DNA of 32,000 nt from contig NZ_CP074694.1 of assembly GCF_018398935.1 (NCBI RefSeq), positions 540,001-572,000 of the forward strand. Reading direction: 5' to 3'. The notes below the pieces were generated by a model. That model was not told where the DNA came from. It saw only the letters and a program-made list of their open reading frames with translations, and did not search any database. This DNA is from Telmatocola sphagniphila. Lineage in GTDB: Bacteria > Planctomycetota > Planctomycetia > Gemmatales > Gemmataceae. The position numbers and the translations under genes were made by a program. Of this stretch, positions 1 through 8,310 are shown piece after piece. Each line of letters begins with the position of its first letter. The first letter of the stretch is position 1.

Positions 1-1018
1 CGGACATCATGACGTTTTGAAACTTGGCTTTGACCTTTCCAAGCAAGCCTTTTTTCGCGACCGGAAGCTGATATTCCTGAATCTCCGGTCGCGGCTTATC
101 GAGACTGGGGGCTTTTCGAAGCTCGCCGGTCAGACGGAAGTAATTCTGTTTATCCGTGGAGAGAGCCAGGAGGGTAGCGGCATGACGCGGCACACTGATC
201 GGACGGCCATCGTCCAATTGCGACTGGTAGATTTTCTCCAGTCGGGCACTGAGCGTTTGAACGGCTTCTGTTGTATCGTCGTAGACGCTCAGGGCGAGGA
301 TAGCCCAGGCCAGGTGTTCGAGATCAGTGGATTCTCGAACACTGTCGAAGAGGAAGGTTCGTCCGGCTTGAACTCGTTTCTCGTCATCGAAGCCTTGCAG
401 GGCCAGCAGCATGAGTGAGGAGGGACCGGGGAAGGGGGTCGTCAATTGGCCGAGTACGGTACGGTTACCGTAATTCGCGCCGCCGGTTTCAAAAGCTCGA
501 TCGAAAATGGTGCGGATGCCTTCAACCACGCGCGGGTGCTCGCCCTGGCCGCACAGTCGCAGGGCGAGACAGGCCCAGGAGGTCGGTTCCACCCAGGAGA
601 AGGTATTGAGTGCCCAGGGCCAACCGATCAATTGCGTGTCGATATCGAGGAGATCGGCGAATTCCGGGTCGCTGGTGATCGATTTTCCTTGAACGCCTAA
701 CAGCAGATCCGTGGTCTGGGTCAGTTCCGAAGCCGGAGCCGCCAGAACTTTATTGGTGAAAAGCGCGATTGCCGTGGGCCAGAATGCCTGGGGCCGACCT
801 TGTTCGAGACGGTAGGCCCCTTCGGGACTGCGGTGTGTGGCGAGACTCGCCCGACCTTTGGTAATGGCCTCGCGATATTTCCCTTCTTGAGTGTTCAGGG
901 CTAGCAGAGCGTAGCAGGTCGGTTCGGGATGAACATAGAGGCCGGGGCCATAGCCCCAGCCGCCGTTGGCATTTTGCAGTTGAACCAATCGATCCAGTGC
1001 TTGGGATGCTTCGAACAT
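1..1018 (-). CDS. Prenyltransferase / squalene-hopene-cyclase-repeat (alpha-alpha toroid) family protein; C-terminal part lies beyond the left edge
   Basis: Absent from the ORF track because the frame runs off the window. Hand translation of the minus strand from ATG at 1018-1016 stays open to position 1: MFEASQALDRLVQLQNANGGWGYGPGLYVHPEPTCYALLALNTQEGKYREAI...GWPWALNTFSWVEPTSWACLAL... The repeated Q-x-x-x-GGW and W/aromatic helix pairs are typical of terpenoid-cyclase/prenyltransferase repeats. The + strand track ORFs at 17-700 are antisense shadows of this gene. Confidence 0.65.
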   Translation of the reverse strand, partial: MFEASQALDRLVQLQNANGGWGYGPGLYVHPEPTCYALLALNTQEGKYREAITKGRASLATHRSPEGAYRLEQGRPQAFWPTAIALFTNKVLAAPASELTQTTDLLLGVQGKSITSDPEFADLLDIDTQLIGWPWALNTFSWVEPTSWACLALRLCGQGEHPRVVEGIRTIFDRAFETGGANYGNRTVLGQLTTPFPGPSSLMLLALQGFDDEKRVQAGRTFLFDSVRESTDLEHLAWAILALSVYDDTTEAVQTLSARLEKIYQSQLDDGRPISVPRHAATLLALSTDKQNYFRLTGELRKAPSLDKPRPEIQEYQLPVAKKGLLGKVKAKFQNVMMS

Positions 1019-1052
1019 TCGATCCTCGAATAGAAACAGCTCGCTGAATATT

Positions 1053-1086
1053 CTCTTTCTCTATTATGCCATATCGGGAGAAAGAG
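1053..1086. promoter_or_regulatory. 9-bp inverted repeat (ctctttctc-N16-gagaaagag) in the divergent promoter region between the cyclase-repeat gene and larC; candidate operator or leader hairpin
   Basis: Read directly. Arms lie at 1053-1061 and 1078-1086. The 16-nt spacer tattatgccatatcgg contains a -10-like TATTAT. No binding protein is known. Confidence 0.25.
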
Positions 1087-1155
1087 GCCGGTTATTCAAG
1101 AGGCTAGCGCGAAATTGTTTTCCGCTGTACAATGGCTAAAGGGAAGGGCCAGCCT

Positions 1156-2328
1156 ATGCGCATCGCACACTTTGATTGCTTTTCGGGTATTTCCGGTGAT
1201 ATGACCTTAGCGGCATTGATCGATTCCGGCGTCGATCCAGATGCAATCCGCAAAGTCATCGCATCTTTCCAGCTTCCCATCGAGATGGAAATCGAAAAAG
1301 TCAAACGGAACGGCATCGCGGCCACCTACGTAAACATCGTCGCTCAGGATCAGGAGAGTTACCGCTTTTTACCGGATGTGGAAGCGATCATTCATACCAG
1401 CATCATGACCGACCCCCAGAAGCAGCTGGCGTTAAAAATTTTTCGACGGCTGGCGGAAGCGGAAGCCGCCGTGCATGGCATGCCGGTGGAGAAGGTCCAC
1501 TTTCACGAAGTCGGTGCCCTGGATAGCATCACTGATATCTGCGGGGCGGCCGTCGGCTTGGATTTGCTGGGAGTCGAAAAGTTCACTTCCAGTGCGGTTC
1601 CTCCGGGAAGCGGAACCGTGAAATGCGAGCATGGCATCATGCCGGTGCCGGCCCCCGCTACGGCGAATCTGCTCAAAGGTGTGCCGCTGGCCAGTGCGAA
1701 GAATACGGGCGAACTAACGACTCCCACCGGCGCGGCCATCTTAACCAGTATCGTTACCGATTACACCAACCAACCGGAAATGGTCGTTGAAAAAATCGGG
1801 ACCGGGGCTGGGAAACGCAACCCGATCGAGCAGCCGAATATTCTTCGACTGTTCATTGGGGAGGCCCGAAAATCGGCTTCCAGTGTTGAGGATGTCGTGT
1901 GGCAACTGGAAACCAACCTCGATGATGTGCCCGGTGAAATCATCGGTTATACCTGCGAGCGTCTTTTGGAGGCCGGAGCGCTGGATGTGTTTCTGGTGCC
2001 CATTCAGATGAAGAAATTCCGGCCAGGCGTCATGCTCAGCGTGTTATGCGAACCGAGCCATCGGGAAGCGATTGAAACCATCATTTTTCGGGAAACACGG
2101 ACACTAGGCATCCGACGGGTGGAGAAAACGCGCAGCAAGGCCAATCGGCAAACTCGGGACATTTCGGATGGAACCGCCGAGTTGAAGGTCAAAGAATCGA
2201 AACTGCCGGATGGTTCCAGCCATGCGAAAATCGAGTACAGCGACGCGGCTCGTATTGCCCGACAAAGCGGTGAATCTCTGATCGGCGTTCTGGAGAGAAT
2301 CCGGATGAGTTCGAACTTAGCGCAGTGA
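1156..2328 (+). CDS. larC: LarC-type nickel insertion protein (pyridinium-3,5-bisthiocarboxylic acid mononucleotide nickel chelatase, DUF111 family)
   Basis: MRIAHFDCFSGISGDMTLAALIDSGVD... and HFHEVGALDSITDICG are hallmark LarC/DUF111 motifs. The track ORF starts at 1132 (MAKGKGQP...). ATG at 1156 follows a GGGAAGGG purine tract and matches the usual family N-terminus, so it is preferred. The start remains uncertain by 24 nt. Confidence 0.85.
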   Translation: MRIAHFDCFSGISGDMTLAALIDSGVDPDAIRKVIASFQLPIEMEIEKVKRNGIAATYVNIVAQDQESYRFLPDVEAIIHTSIMTDPQKQLALKIFRRLAEAEAAVHGMPVEKVHFHEVGALDSITDICGAAVGLDLLGVEKFTSSAVPPGSGTVKCEHGIMPVPAPATANLLKGVPLASAKNTGELTTPTGAAILTSIVTDYTNQPEMVVEKIGTGAGKRNPIEQPNILRLFIGEARKSASSVEDVVWQLETNLDDVPGEIIGYTCERLLEAGALDVFLVPIQMKKFRPGVMLSVLCEPSHREAIETIIFRETRTLGIRRVEKTRSKANRQTRDISDGTAELKVKESKLPDGSSHAKIEYSDAARIARQSGESLIGVLERIRMSSNLAQ

Positions 2329-2454
2329 TTGCCCTATGAGATGCAATTTTGTCCGGGACTCGATCTAAGTTCTTAATATGAATCTTGAAGAGTTAAACGC
2401 GAATCTAGCACACGACGAGTATCGCGTCAGGGCATCTTAAGATTGGGGAAGTTC

Positions 2455-4206
2455 ATGAAGTCGATTTTGGCTTTACTGGGTATTCTTTTTTTTGTCACTT
2501 CATCCTTCAGTCAGGCTACCGAAGAAGATAAAAAATTGGCCAGTTACTTCGATGCCTGGCTCGAAGTTTATCTGAAAGATCATCCCACCGAAGCGACCTC
2601 TTTGGGGGATCACCGCTACGACGACCGCATGGATGATTTTTCGCCGCAGGCGGTGGCCGCGCGAAAGAAGCATACCGCCGACACTCTCGTCGATCTCCCC
2701 AACAAAATCGACTACACGAAACTCTCGCGAAATGGGCAGATCGACTTCGAAATTTTTCGGGATTCGCTCATCCGCTCGCAATGGGACGACAAATTCACCC
2801 GGCCGCTGGAACGCGATCCCCGCGCCTGGAATGGCTATATCTCCGATAGCGTCTTCACACTTTTAGTTCAGTCCACAGTCGAGAAGACACGCGGCGTGCA
2901 GAACGCCGCCGCTCGGATTCAGGGGATTCCCAAGCTCCTGGAAGCCACCAAAAAAATGCTGAAAGACTGCCCCGAAATTTTCGTGCAGACCGCCATCAAA
3001 CAAAACCGCGGCTCCGTCGATTTTTATCGCAAAGGTATTTTTGAAATCGCTGGAGAAACCCCCCAGGTTTCTGTGCTCACCGAACCCTGCAAGAAAGCGG
3101 CAGCCGCCCTCGAAGAATACCAGTCGTTCCTGGAACACGAGCTATTGCCTCGTTCCAAAGGGGATTGGCGCATCGGCAAAGAACGATTCGCCGAGAAATT
3201 GAAGATGGAACTCGATCTTGGCTTCAGTGCCGACGAACTTTATGCCAGGGCCCTCAAGGAATCGGAACGCGTCAAGAACGATATGGCCATGATCGCCCGG
3301 CAAATGTGGGCTCAGACCTTCCCGGGTAAAGCGGTACCGCCGGATGATGCCGCGGGGCGACGACTCATGATTCAGCTGGTGCTGGAGGAACTGGGCAAAA
3401 AGCATGGCGAAGCCAAGAACATCGTAACGGATGCGAAGAATACCATCGCCGAGATTAAAAAATTCATCGAAGCGAAAAAAATTCTCACGCTTCCTTCGCC
3501 GGATCGCTGCGATGTGATCGAGATGCCCGAGTTTCAACGCGGGTTCTCGACGGCCTATCTGAACCCCGCCCCGGCGCTCGATCCGAAGGCGAAGAGCCTT
3601 TATGCCGTGAGCCCGCCACCCTCGGAGTGGAACGATCGCCAGGTGGAAAGTTATCTGCGGGAATACAACTCTTCGATGTTGAAGATTCTTACCATTCACG
3701 AAGCCTACCCCGGGCATTACGTGCAACTGGAGTACGGCAACCGCAATCCTTCCAAGATTCGCCGAGTTCTTTACAGCGGCGTTTTTGCCGAGGGTTGGGC
3801 GGTTTATACGGAGCAGATGATGCTCGATCAGGGCTTCGGAGAAGGCGATCTCTCCATGCGTTTACATCAGCTGAAATGGTACTTGCGAGCAGTCACCAAT
3901 ACGATTCTGGACTACCGCATGCACTGTTTGAATCTTTCAGATGCCGAAGCTCTGAAACTGCTTATGGAGGATGCCTTCCAGACCGAGGGGGAAGCCTTGG
4001 GTAAAATCACCCGTTCGAAACTCAGTTCCTGCCAGTTGTCGACCTATTTTGCGGGTCGGGTGGTCTTCTATCGCTTGCGACAGGAAGTGAGCCGGGCGCT
4101 GGGGGATAAGTTCGATCTGAAAGAATATCACGAAGCCGCACTGTCGCACGGTACTTTGCCAGTGAAGTATCTTCCGGAACTGGTGAAGAAACAGTTGATC
4201 AAGTAG
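2455..4206 (+). CDS. DUF885 family secreted protein (putative metallopeptidase-like, HEAYPGH motif)
   Basis: The N-terminal signal peptide is MKSILALLGILFFVTSSFSQA. The HEAYPGHYVQ motif and overall length are typical of DUF885. The track start at 2443 is TTG, and ATG at 2455 is preceded by GGGGAAG. Confidence 0.85.
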   Translation: MKSILALLGILFFVTSSFSQATEEDKKLASYFDAWLEVYLKDHPTEATSLGDHRYDDRMDDFSPQAVAARKKHTADTLVDLPNKIDYTKLSRNGQIDFEIFRDSLIRSQWDDKFTRPLERDPRAWNGYISDSVFTLLVQSTVEKTRGVQNAAARIQGIPKLLEATKKMLKDCPEIFVQTAIKQNRGSVDFYRKGIFEIAGETPQVSVLTEPCKKAAAALEEYQSFLEHELLPRSKGDWRIGKERFAEKLKMELDLGFSADELYARALKESERVKNDMAMIARQMWAQTFPGKAVPPDDAAGRRLMIQLVLEELGKKHGEAKNIVTDAKNTIAEIKKFIEAKKILTLPSPDRCDVIEMPEFQRGFSTAYLNPAPALDPKAKSLYAVSPPPSEWNDRQVESYLREYNSSMLKILTIHEAYPGHYVQLEYGNRNPSKIRRVLYSGVFAEGWAVYTEQMMLDQGFGEGDLSMRLHQLKWYLRAVTNTILDYRMHCLNLSDAEALKLLMEDAFQTEGEALGKITRSKLSSCQLSTYFAGRVVFYRLRQEVSRALGDKFDLKEYHEAALSHGTLPVKYLPELVKKQLIK

Positions 4207-4624
4207 ACCAGGGGAAATTTTTCAAATCCGGCTCCGCCCAGCCGGTTCGCGCGGCAACGGACATGAGATGGGCTTCGCTGTAATACTCTAGCGGATAATT
4301 CTTGTGCCCGATCTTCTCCAGCACTTCCTGAGTAATCAATTCGAGCGATTTCTGCCCGTCGCAGGGCTTTAAGGCCCAATCTATGGCCATCACATAAAAC
4401 CGGGTGATGGTTTCGTGATAGCCGCTGGTATCGGTATTCTGACCGCCGACCGATTCATTGTACGTTTTGATTTTTTGCCGCAACTCGTTCAGGGCCCGGA
4501 TAGGTCCAAACTGGTTCACATACCAGCAACCGACACGCAGATGGGCTTCGTGAGTCCAAAGTGGTTTCGGTAGAGTTTTGTCGTTAAATTGTTGCAGCAA
4601 ATCGGAAGTAGCAATACTGTCCAT
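4199..4624 (-). CDS. Hypothetical protein (142 aa), no family recognised
   Basis: The track ORF 4199..4690 runs through the tRNA-Gly gene. The internal ATG at 4624 (MDSIATSDLLQQFNDKTLPKPLWTHEAHLRVGCWYV...) lies 26-27 nt downstream of the tRNA 3' end and is the plausible start. Its 3' end overlaps the convergent DUF885 gene by 8 nt. Confidence 0.55.
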   Translation of the reverse strand: MDSIATSDLLQQFNDKTLPKPLWTHEAHLRVGCWYVNQFGPIRALNELRQKIKTYNESVGGQNTDTSGYHETITRFYVMAIDWALKPCDGQKSLELITQEVLEKIGHKNYPLEYYSEAHLMSVAARTGWAEPDLKNFPWST

Positions 4625-4649
4625 AGGATCGCAATTCCTATTATTCGAG

Positions 4650-4722
4650 AGCGTCCAGGGGGATTTGAACCCCCGCTTCCGCCATGGCAAGGCAGCAGGC
4701 TACCGGGCTACATCATGGACGC
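4650..4722 (-). tRNA. tRNA-Gly (anticodon GCC)
   Basis: Hand fold of the reverse complement GCGTCCATGATGTAGCCCGGTAGCCTGCTGCCTTGCCATGGCGGAAGCGGGGGTTCAAATCCCCCTGGACGC. Acceptor is GCGTCCA/TGGACGC, anticodon arm CTGCC-TTGCCAT-GGCGG, T arm GGGGG-TTCAAAT-CCCCC, and the D loop has A14/G18G19/A21. No CCA is encoded. Confidence 0.85.
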
Positions 4723-4729
4723 CAATAGA

Positions 4730-4803
4730 CGCGGGAGCCGGATTCGAACCGGCGTAGGACGGCTTATGAGACCGCGCTGGGACCAACTCCAGTCTATCCC
4801 GCA
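4730..4803 (-). tRNA. tRNA with anticodon CAT (Met or lysidine-type Ile2); non-canonical acceptor/D-arm junction by hand fold
   Basis: Reverse complement is TGCGGGATAGACTGGAGTTGGTCCCAGCGCGGTCTCATAAGCCGTCCTACGCCGGTTCGAATCCGGCTCCCGCG. T arm is GCCGG-TTCGAAT-CCGGC, anticodon arm GCGGT-CTCATAA-GCCGT, and D arm CTGG-AGTTGGTC-CCAG. Four nt (TAGA) rather than two separate the acceptor stem from the D stem, so the exact ends are uncertain. Confidence 0.6.
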
Positions 4804-4804
4804 G

Positions 4805-4875
4805 TACCCTCGTGAGGAGTCGAACCTCATCTACGACCTTCGCAGGGTCGCGTGCCTCCGTCACACCCCGAGGAT
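4805..4875 (-). tRNA. tRNA-Arg-like (anticodon GCG), short (about 70 nt)
   Basis: Reverse complement is ATCCTCGGGGTGTGACGGAGGCACGCGACCCTGCGAAGGTCGTAGATGAGGTTCGACTCCTCACGAGGGT. Acceptor is ATCCTCG/CGAGGGT (with T2:G71), anticodon arm CGACC-CTGCGAA-GGTCG, and T arm TGAGG-TTCGACT-CCTCA. Position 8 is G and the variable loop is 4 nt. This needs confirmation with tRNAscan-SE. Confidence 0.55.
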
Positions 4876-5050
4876 GGTTATTAAAAAGAGGGGAATCGGG
4901 GTCCCGGGTTCGGGAACTGTAGCAAAATTTTGGATCGTTCGGAAATTACCAGAGTAAGCGGCTTGACGCCAAAAGGTTTTTGAATCCGATTCAAAGGAAC
5001 CTCGACCTCGTAGCCGCCGTCTGTATTATGAATCAGACGTGAAGAGTTTC

Positions 5051-5135
5051 GGGACTGTGGCGGAATGGCAGACGCTGTGGACTTAAAATCCACTGCTGGG
5101 TAACTGGCGTGCGGGTTCGAGTCCCGCCTGTCCCA
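5051..5135 (+). tRNA. tRNA-Leu (anticodon TAA), type II with long variable arm
   Basis: Sequence is GGGACTGTGGCGGAATGGCAGACGCTGTGGACTTAAAATCCACTGCTGGGTAACTGGCGTGCGGGTTCGAGTCCCGCCTGTCCCA. Anticodon arm is GTGGA-CTTAAAA-TCCAC, T arm GCGGG-TTCGAGT-CCCGC, with a long variable arm and discriminator A. There is one T6:T67 mismatch in the acceptor stem. Confidence 0.85.
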
Positions 5136-5138
5136 TCG

Positions 5139-5162
5139 GAAAGCTGTCAGCGATCAGCTTTC
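5139..5162. terminator. 8-bp hairpin (GAAAGCTG-tcagcgat-CAGCTTTC) between convergent tRNA-Leu and the glycerate kinase gene
   Basis: Perfect inverted repeat read directly. No U-tract on either strand, so a terminator role is tentative. Confidence 0.35.
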
Positions 5163-5167
5163 AGCAA

Positions 5168-6469
5168 TCACTTCTGATCAATCAGCAATACGCGTAGATC
5201 CATCACGTTCGTTTCGGTGAGACCCGTTTTTAGAAGCCCGCCCGCTTTTTCAAAGAATTCATAAGAATTGTGCTGTCTCAAATACTCTTCGGCATGAATG
5301 GCAGCCGTTTCTTCATCCGCAAGGGCTCCGGCCGCGTCGGTAGGGCCATCCTCGCCGTCGGTACCGCCACTCAGCACGGTTAAGCCGCGAAGCGATTTCG
5401 CGAACGTTAGGGCGGCCAGAACGAACTCCTGATTCCGGCCACCTTTTCCCGAAGTCCCACGCAGGTCTACGGTGGTTTCGCCGCCACTGATCAGACAAGC
5501 CGGGCTGGGCAGCGGGAGGCCATTAATCTGAATGCTGCGAGCCAGACTTAAATGGACGCGAGCCAAGCCTTGCGTATCCCCTTCCAAAAAAGACCCAAGA
5601 TTCAAAGTATGAAAGCCCATCCCCTGAGCGGTAATCGCCGCCGCGGCGAGTGCCTTTTGATTATTCCCGAGGATCACATTGCGAATTTCGGCCTGGGGCG
5701 CTTGCTGTTCCAGCCGTCCGCTTTTCGATTTCAACACTTCGATGACTCGCGGTGGAACCTGCTCGAGCAGTCCTTTTCGCGCGAGAATTTCCAGAGGACT
5801 GTTTTTCGCGGTTGTCGCATCGGGGAGATACGTTGGGCCGGAAGCGATGACATCCAAGGGATCGCCGATGACATCCGAGACGATCAGCGAGATGAGTAGT
5901 TTACCACGAAATCGCCGGGCGAGATTCCCGGCTTTGATATCGGAAAGCGGACTTCGCACGCCGTTGAGTTCTTCGATACTCGCCCCGCAAGAATGCAAAA
6001 GTTTGGTGACTTTTTGTTTGTCCTCGAGAGTAATTCCTGCTGTGGGTGCCGGCATGAGAGCGCTGCCACCGCCGGAGATCAGGCAGATCATCACATCATT
6101 CGGACCAGCTTGATCCGCCAAAAGAAGCATTTCCCGACTGCCGATGACCCCGGCTTCCGTGGGGTGATTACTGCCCATCGGCCGGGCCCCATGCAGCCGA
6201 ATTTTTTGAAGCGGCCGAACTGATTCATTGGGAACGTTGACAATCCCCTCGACGCGGTTCAGAAACTTGCTGAGGTGAGCTTCCAGCGCTTCGGCCATGG
6301 CCGCGCCCGCTTTGCCACCTCCCACGACCAGGATTCGATCTGCGGCCTTCAACTCGTTGAAAAGAGTAGATTGGCTGGCGAAAAATTCATCGAACAGTCG
6401 AGACGGTTTAACCGCGTCCACTCCCGACTGCCATATCGCTTTCGCCTGTTCGCGAGATTTTTGACTCAT
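5168..6469 (-). CDS. Glycerate 2-kinase / hydroxypyruvate-reductase-like protein (DUF4147 + MOFRL domains)
   Basis: VVGGGKAGAAMAEAL, LISGGGSAL and ISGGETTV...GKGGRNQE are characteristic of the MOFRL-type glycerate kinase (TtuD/GckA) family. The start ATG overlaps the ubiX stop (ATGA). Confidence 0.85.
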   Translation of the reverse strand: MSQKSREQAKAIWQSGVDAVKPSRLFDEFFASQSTLFNELKAADRILVVGGGKAGAAMAEALEAHLSKFLNRVEGIVNVPNESVRPLQKIRLHGARPMGSNHPTEAGVIGSREMLLLADQAGPNDVMICLISGGGSALMPAPTAGITLEDKQKVTKLLHSCGASIEELNGVRSPLSDIKAGNLARRFRGKLLISLIVSDVIGDPLDVIASGPTYLPDATTAKNSPLEILARKGLLEQVPPRVIEVLKSKSGRLEQQAPQAEIRNVILGNNQKALAAAAITAQGMGFHTLNLGSFLEGDTQGLARVHLSLARSIQINGLPLPSPACLISGGETTVDLRGTSGKGGRNQEFVLAALTFAKSLRGLTVLSGGTDGEDGPTDAAGALADEETAAIHAEEYLRQHNSYEFFEKAGGLLKTGLTETNVMDLRVLLIDQK

Positions 6470-7116
6470 TTGGCGGCCTCGTCTTCCTGGCCCCAGCGCG
6501 AGAAGAGGCGATGTTCCACTCCCAATTGATCAGCAATGCGACCGACCACAAAGTCAACCATGTCCGCTACCGTCTGAGGTTGGGTGTAATAGGCGGGCAT
6601 GGCAGGTAGCACTACCGCACCGGCCTCTGCCACGGCCACCATGTTGCGAAGAGCAACCAGGCTTAAGGGGGTTTCGCGCGGTACTAAAATCAGCTTCCTT
6701 TTCTCTTTCAGATGCACCTCGGCGGCCCGATGAATCAGATTTTCCGAGATACCGTGGGCAATCGCGGCCAGAGTTCCCATACTGCAAGGGCAGATGACCA
6801 TGCCTCCAGTGATGAAAGAACCGCTGGCGATGCCGGCCTGAAAGTTGCGGAAATTGTGATAATGCAGGTTGGCCTGCGGGACAATTTTTGCGACCGGACC
6901 CAGTAAAGCCTCGGCCGAGAAGTGGTTGAGGTCCAATTTGCGGCCGGCCTCGGCCTCCAGAACTTCGACGGCAGCGGGACTGACGGTCAGATGGACCGTT
7001 TTGCCCGCTTTCAAAAGAACTTCGAGGAGACGAACGCTATACGGGGAGCCACTCGCCCCGGTGATAGCGACTACGAGATCGTTGCTTGCCATGCCAGTAT
7101 TGTAGTTTGGCTGCAT
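6466..7116 (-). CDS. ubiX: UbiX flavin prenyltransferase
   Basis: VVAITGASGSPY, MVICPCSMGTLAAIAHG and LILVPRETPL are classic UbiX/Pad1 motifs. The track start at 7122 is TTG. ATG candidates are at 7116 and 7092, so the start is uncertain. Confidence 0.85.
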   Translation of the reverse strand: MQPNYNTGMASNDLVVAITGASGSPYSVRLLEVLLKAGKTVHLTVSPAAVEVLEAEAGRKLDLNHFSAEALLGPVAKIVPQANLHYHNFRNFQAGIASGSFITGGMVICPCSMGTLAAIAHGISENLIHRAAEVHLKEKRKLILVPRETPLSLVALRNMVAVAEAGAVVLPAMPAYYTQPQTVADMVDFVVGRIADQLGVEHRLFSRWGQEDEAAK

Positions 7117-7242
7117 TCTCAACGTCGAAGAATTACATTCTTGGAACTTGGAAAGCGTGAAATGACCAACCAGATACCTCGGATGGGTTGCAAATCACCC
7201 ACACGCTTTATCTTAAAAAATGGAACATCTGAATTATGCGAT

Positions 7243-8157
7243 TTATCTTTCCGTAAGAATCAAGCGAAAGCCGACACCTCGACCATGAAATTTTCTCGCA
7301 TCATAGCTTCGGCTCGCCGATCTGCATTCATCGATGTTCCCAAATCCACCGGAGTTCCTTATCACCATGAAGTTACGCTGATCTGTATAAAAATTATCAC
7401 ACCACTGACCTATATTACCGCACACATCACAGAGCCCCCAGGGGTGAGGAATATCTTTTTCATGAGAACCAACCTCAGAAGTGTGGTCTATAGTAAGGGT
7501 TTGAGTGCCATAAGGCTCCAGTTTGCCACAATGCACTTTTTTGCCTTCTATGGAACTGCCAAAGTAGAAGTGCTGTTTATTGCCTTTTCCACCGCGACAT
7601 GCATATTCCCATTGGTCCTCGTGAGGTAGAGCAAATAAGAGTTTTGCGCCAAATGCGGTAGAGATTTTTGAAAAATTCGATTCGTCGTTTAACTTTGCAA
7701 TGAAATCCTGAGCATTCACCCACGACACATTTTCGACAGGAAATCTCCTTGTGTCACTGAGCCTATAGAACTCATTGTTGGGACTTGACGATGTAAAGAT
7801 ACTTGGATTTTTACCCATTATTGAAGTGTATTCTTCTTGGGTAATTGGATATTTTCCCATCCAAAAACCTTTCGTCTTAAATTTGCCCCTGACACTTTCA
7901 GATTCCAGATCCATCCATTTGGGACGTTTGCCATAAATTTTGCTGACTAAAAAATCTTGTTCCTCTTTAGTAGAACCCAATTGCGCTTCGCCAGCGGGGA
8001 TCCAGCAAAACTTCATCTTTATGTTTTTAGAAATTTCGAATTCAATCTCTCGAACTGAATAGAAATTTAAAGATTCAATAGATTCGCACCTTAAATTCTG
8101 TCTAACAAAACATAGCGGTATAAAAGCTGCGAAAAGTACAATTTTTTGAATTTTCAT
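7243..8157 (-). CDS. Secreted formylglycine-generating-enzyme (FGE/SUMF1, 'FGE-sulfatase') domain protein
   Basis: Signal peptide is MKIQKIVLFAAFIPLCF. WMGKYPITQEEY, VSWVNAQDF, EDQWEYACRGG, PWGLCDVCGNIGQWC and GVGFRL are typical FGE-sulfatase domain blocks. The track start at 8163 is TTG, so ATG at 8157 is preferred. The gene is clearly AT-richer than its neighbours. Confidence 0.8.
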   Translation of the reverse strand: MKIQKIVLFAAFIPLCFVRQNLRCESIESLNFYSVREIEFEISKNIKMKFCWIPAGEAQLGSTKEEQDFLVSKIYGKRPKWMDLESESVRGKFKTKGFWMGKYPITQEEYTSIMGKNPSIFTSSSPNNEFYRLSDTRRFPVENVSWVNAQDFIAKLNDESNFSKISTAFGAKLLFALPHEDQWEYACRGGKGNKQHFYFGSSIEGKKVHCGKLEPYGTQTLTIDHTSEVGSHEKDIPHPWGLCDVCGNIGQWCDNFYTDQRNFMVIRNSGGFGNIDECRSASRSYDARKFHGRGVGFRLILTER

Positions 8158-8310
8158 TAGCAAGCTCTAGCATTCTCATATGTGCATACGAAGCTATTCT
8201 GAAAGCCATATATGGGGGCAGTGTTTCGATAATTTTGTGAGCTTGCCCCAGTTTTTTGAGAGACTCTTACTTTTTTCGAAGCCTACACATAAGTAATGAT
8301 AAATTAAAAA

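Noticed and set aside
17-700. Four + strand track ORFs (133, 64, 84 and 61 aa) at the left edge.
   Set aside because: They lie antisense to a longer uninterrupted minus-strand frame (1-1018). That frame has clear terpenoid-cyclase-repeat motifs, and the + ORFs have Arg/Gly-rich shadow-frame composition.
1132-2328. larC without larA, larB or larE nearby, considered as a possible novel context.
   Set aside because: Lar genes are frequently dispersed, and a single window cannot show that they are absent. This is not evidence of anything new.
3142-3726. Long antisense ORFs inside well-supported genes. Examples are 3142..3726(-), 6922..7629(+), 8827..9564(+), 12039..12554(-), 19534..20046(-), 26638..27123(-) and 27471..28016(+).
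   Set aside because: Each is fully embedded opposite a gene with strong family motifs. They show Arg/Gly/Pro-rich shadow composition and no recognisable domains.
4625-4690. The N-terminal 21 codons of track ORF 4199..4690.
   Set aside because: The extension reads through the tRNA-Gly(GCC) gene. The internal ATG at 4624 is the sensible start.
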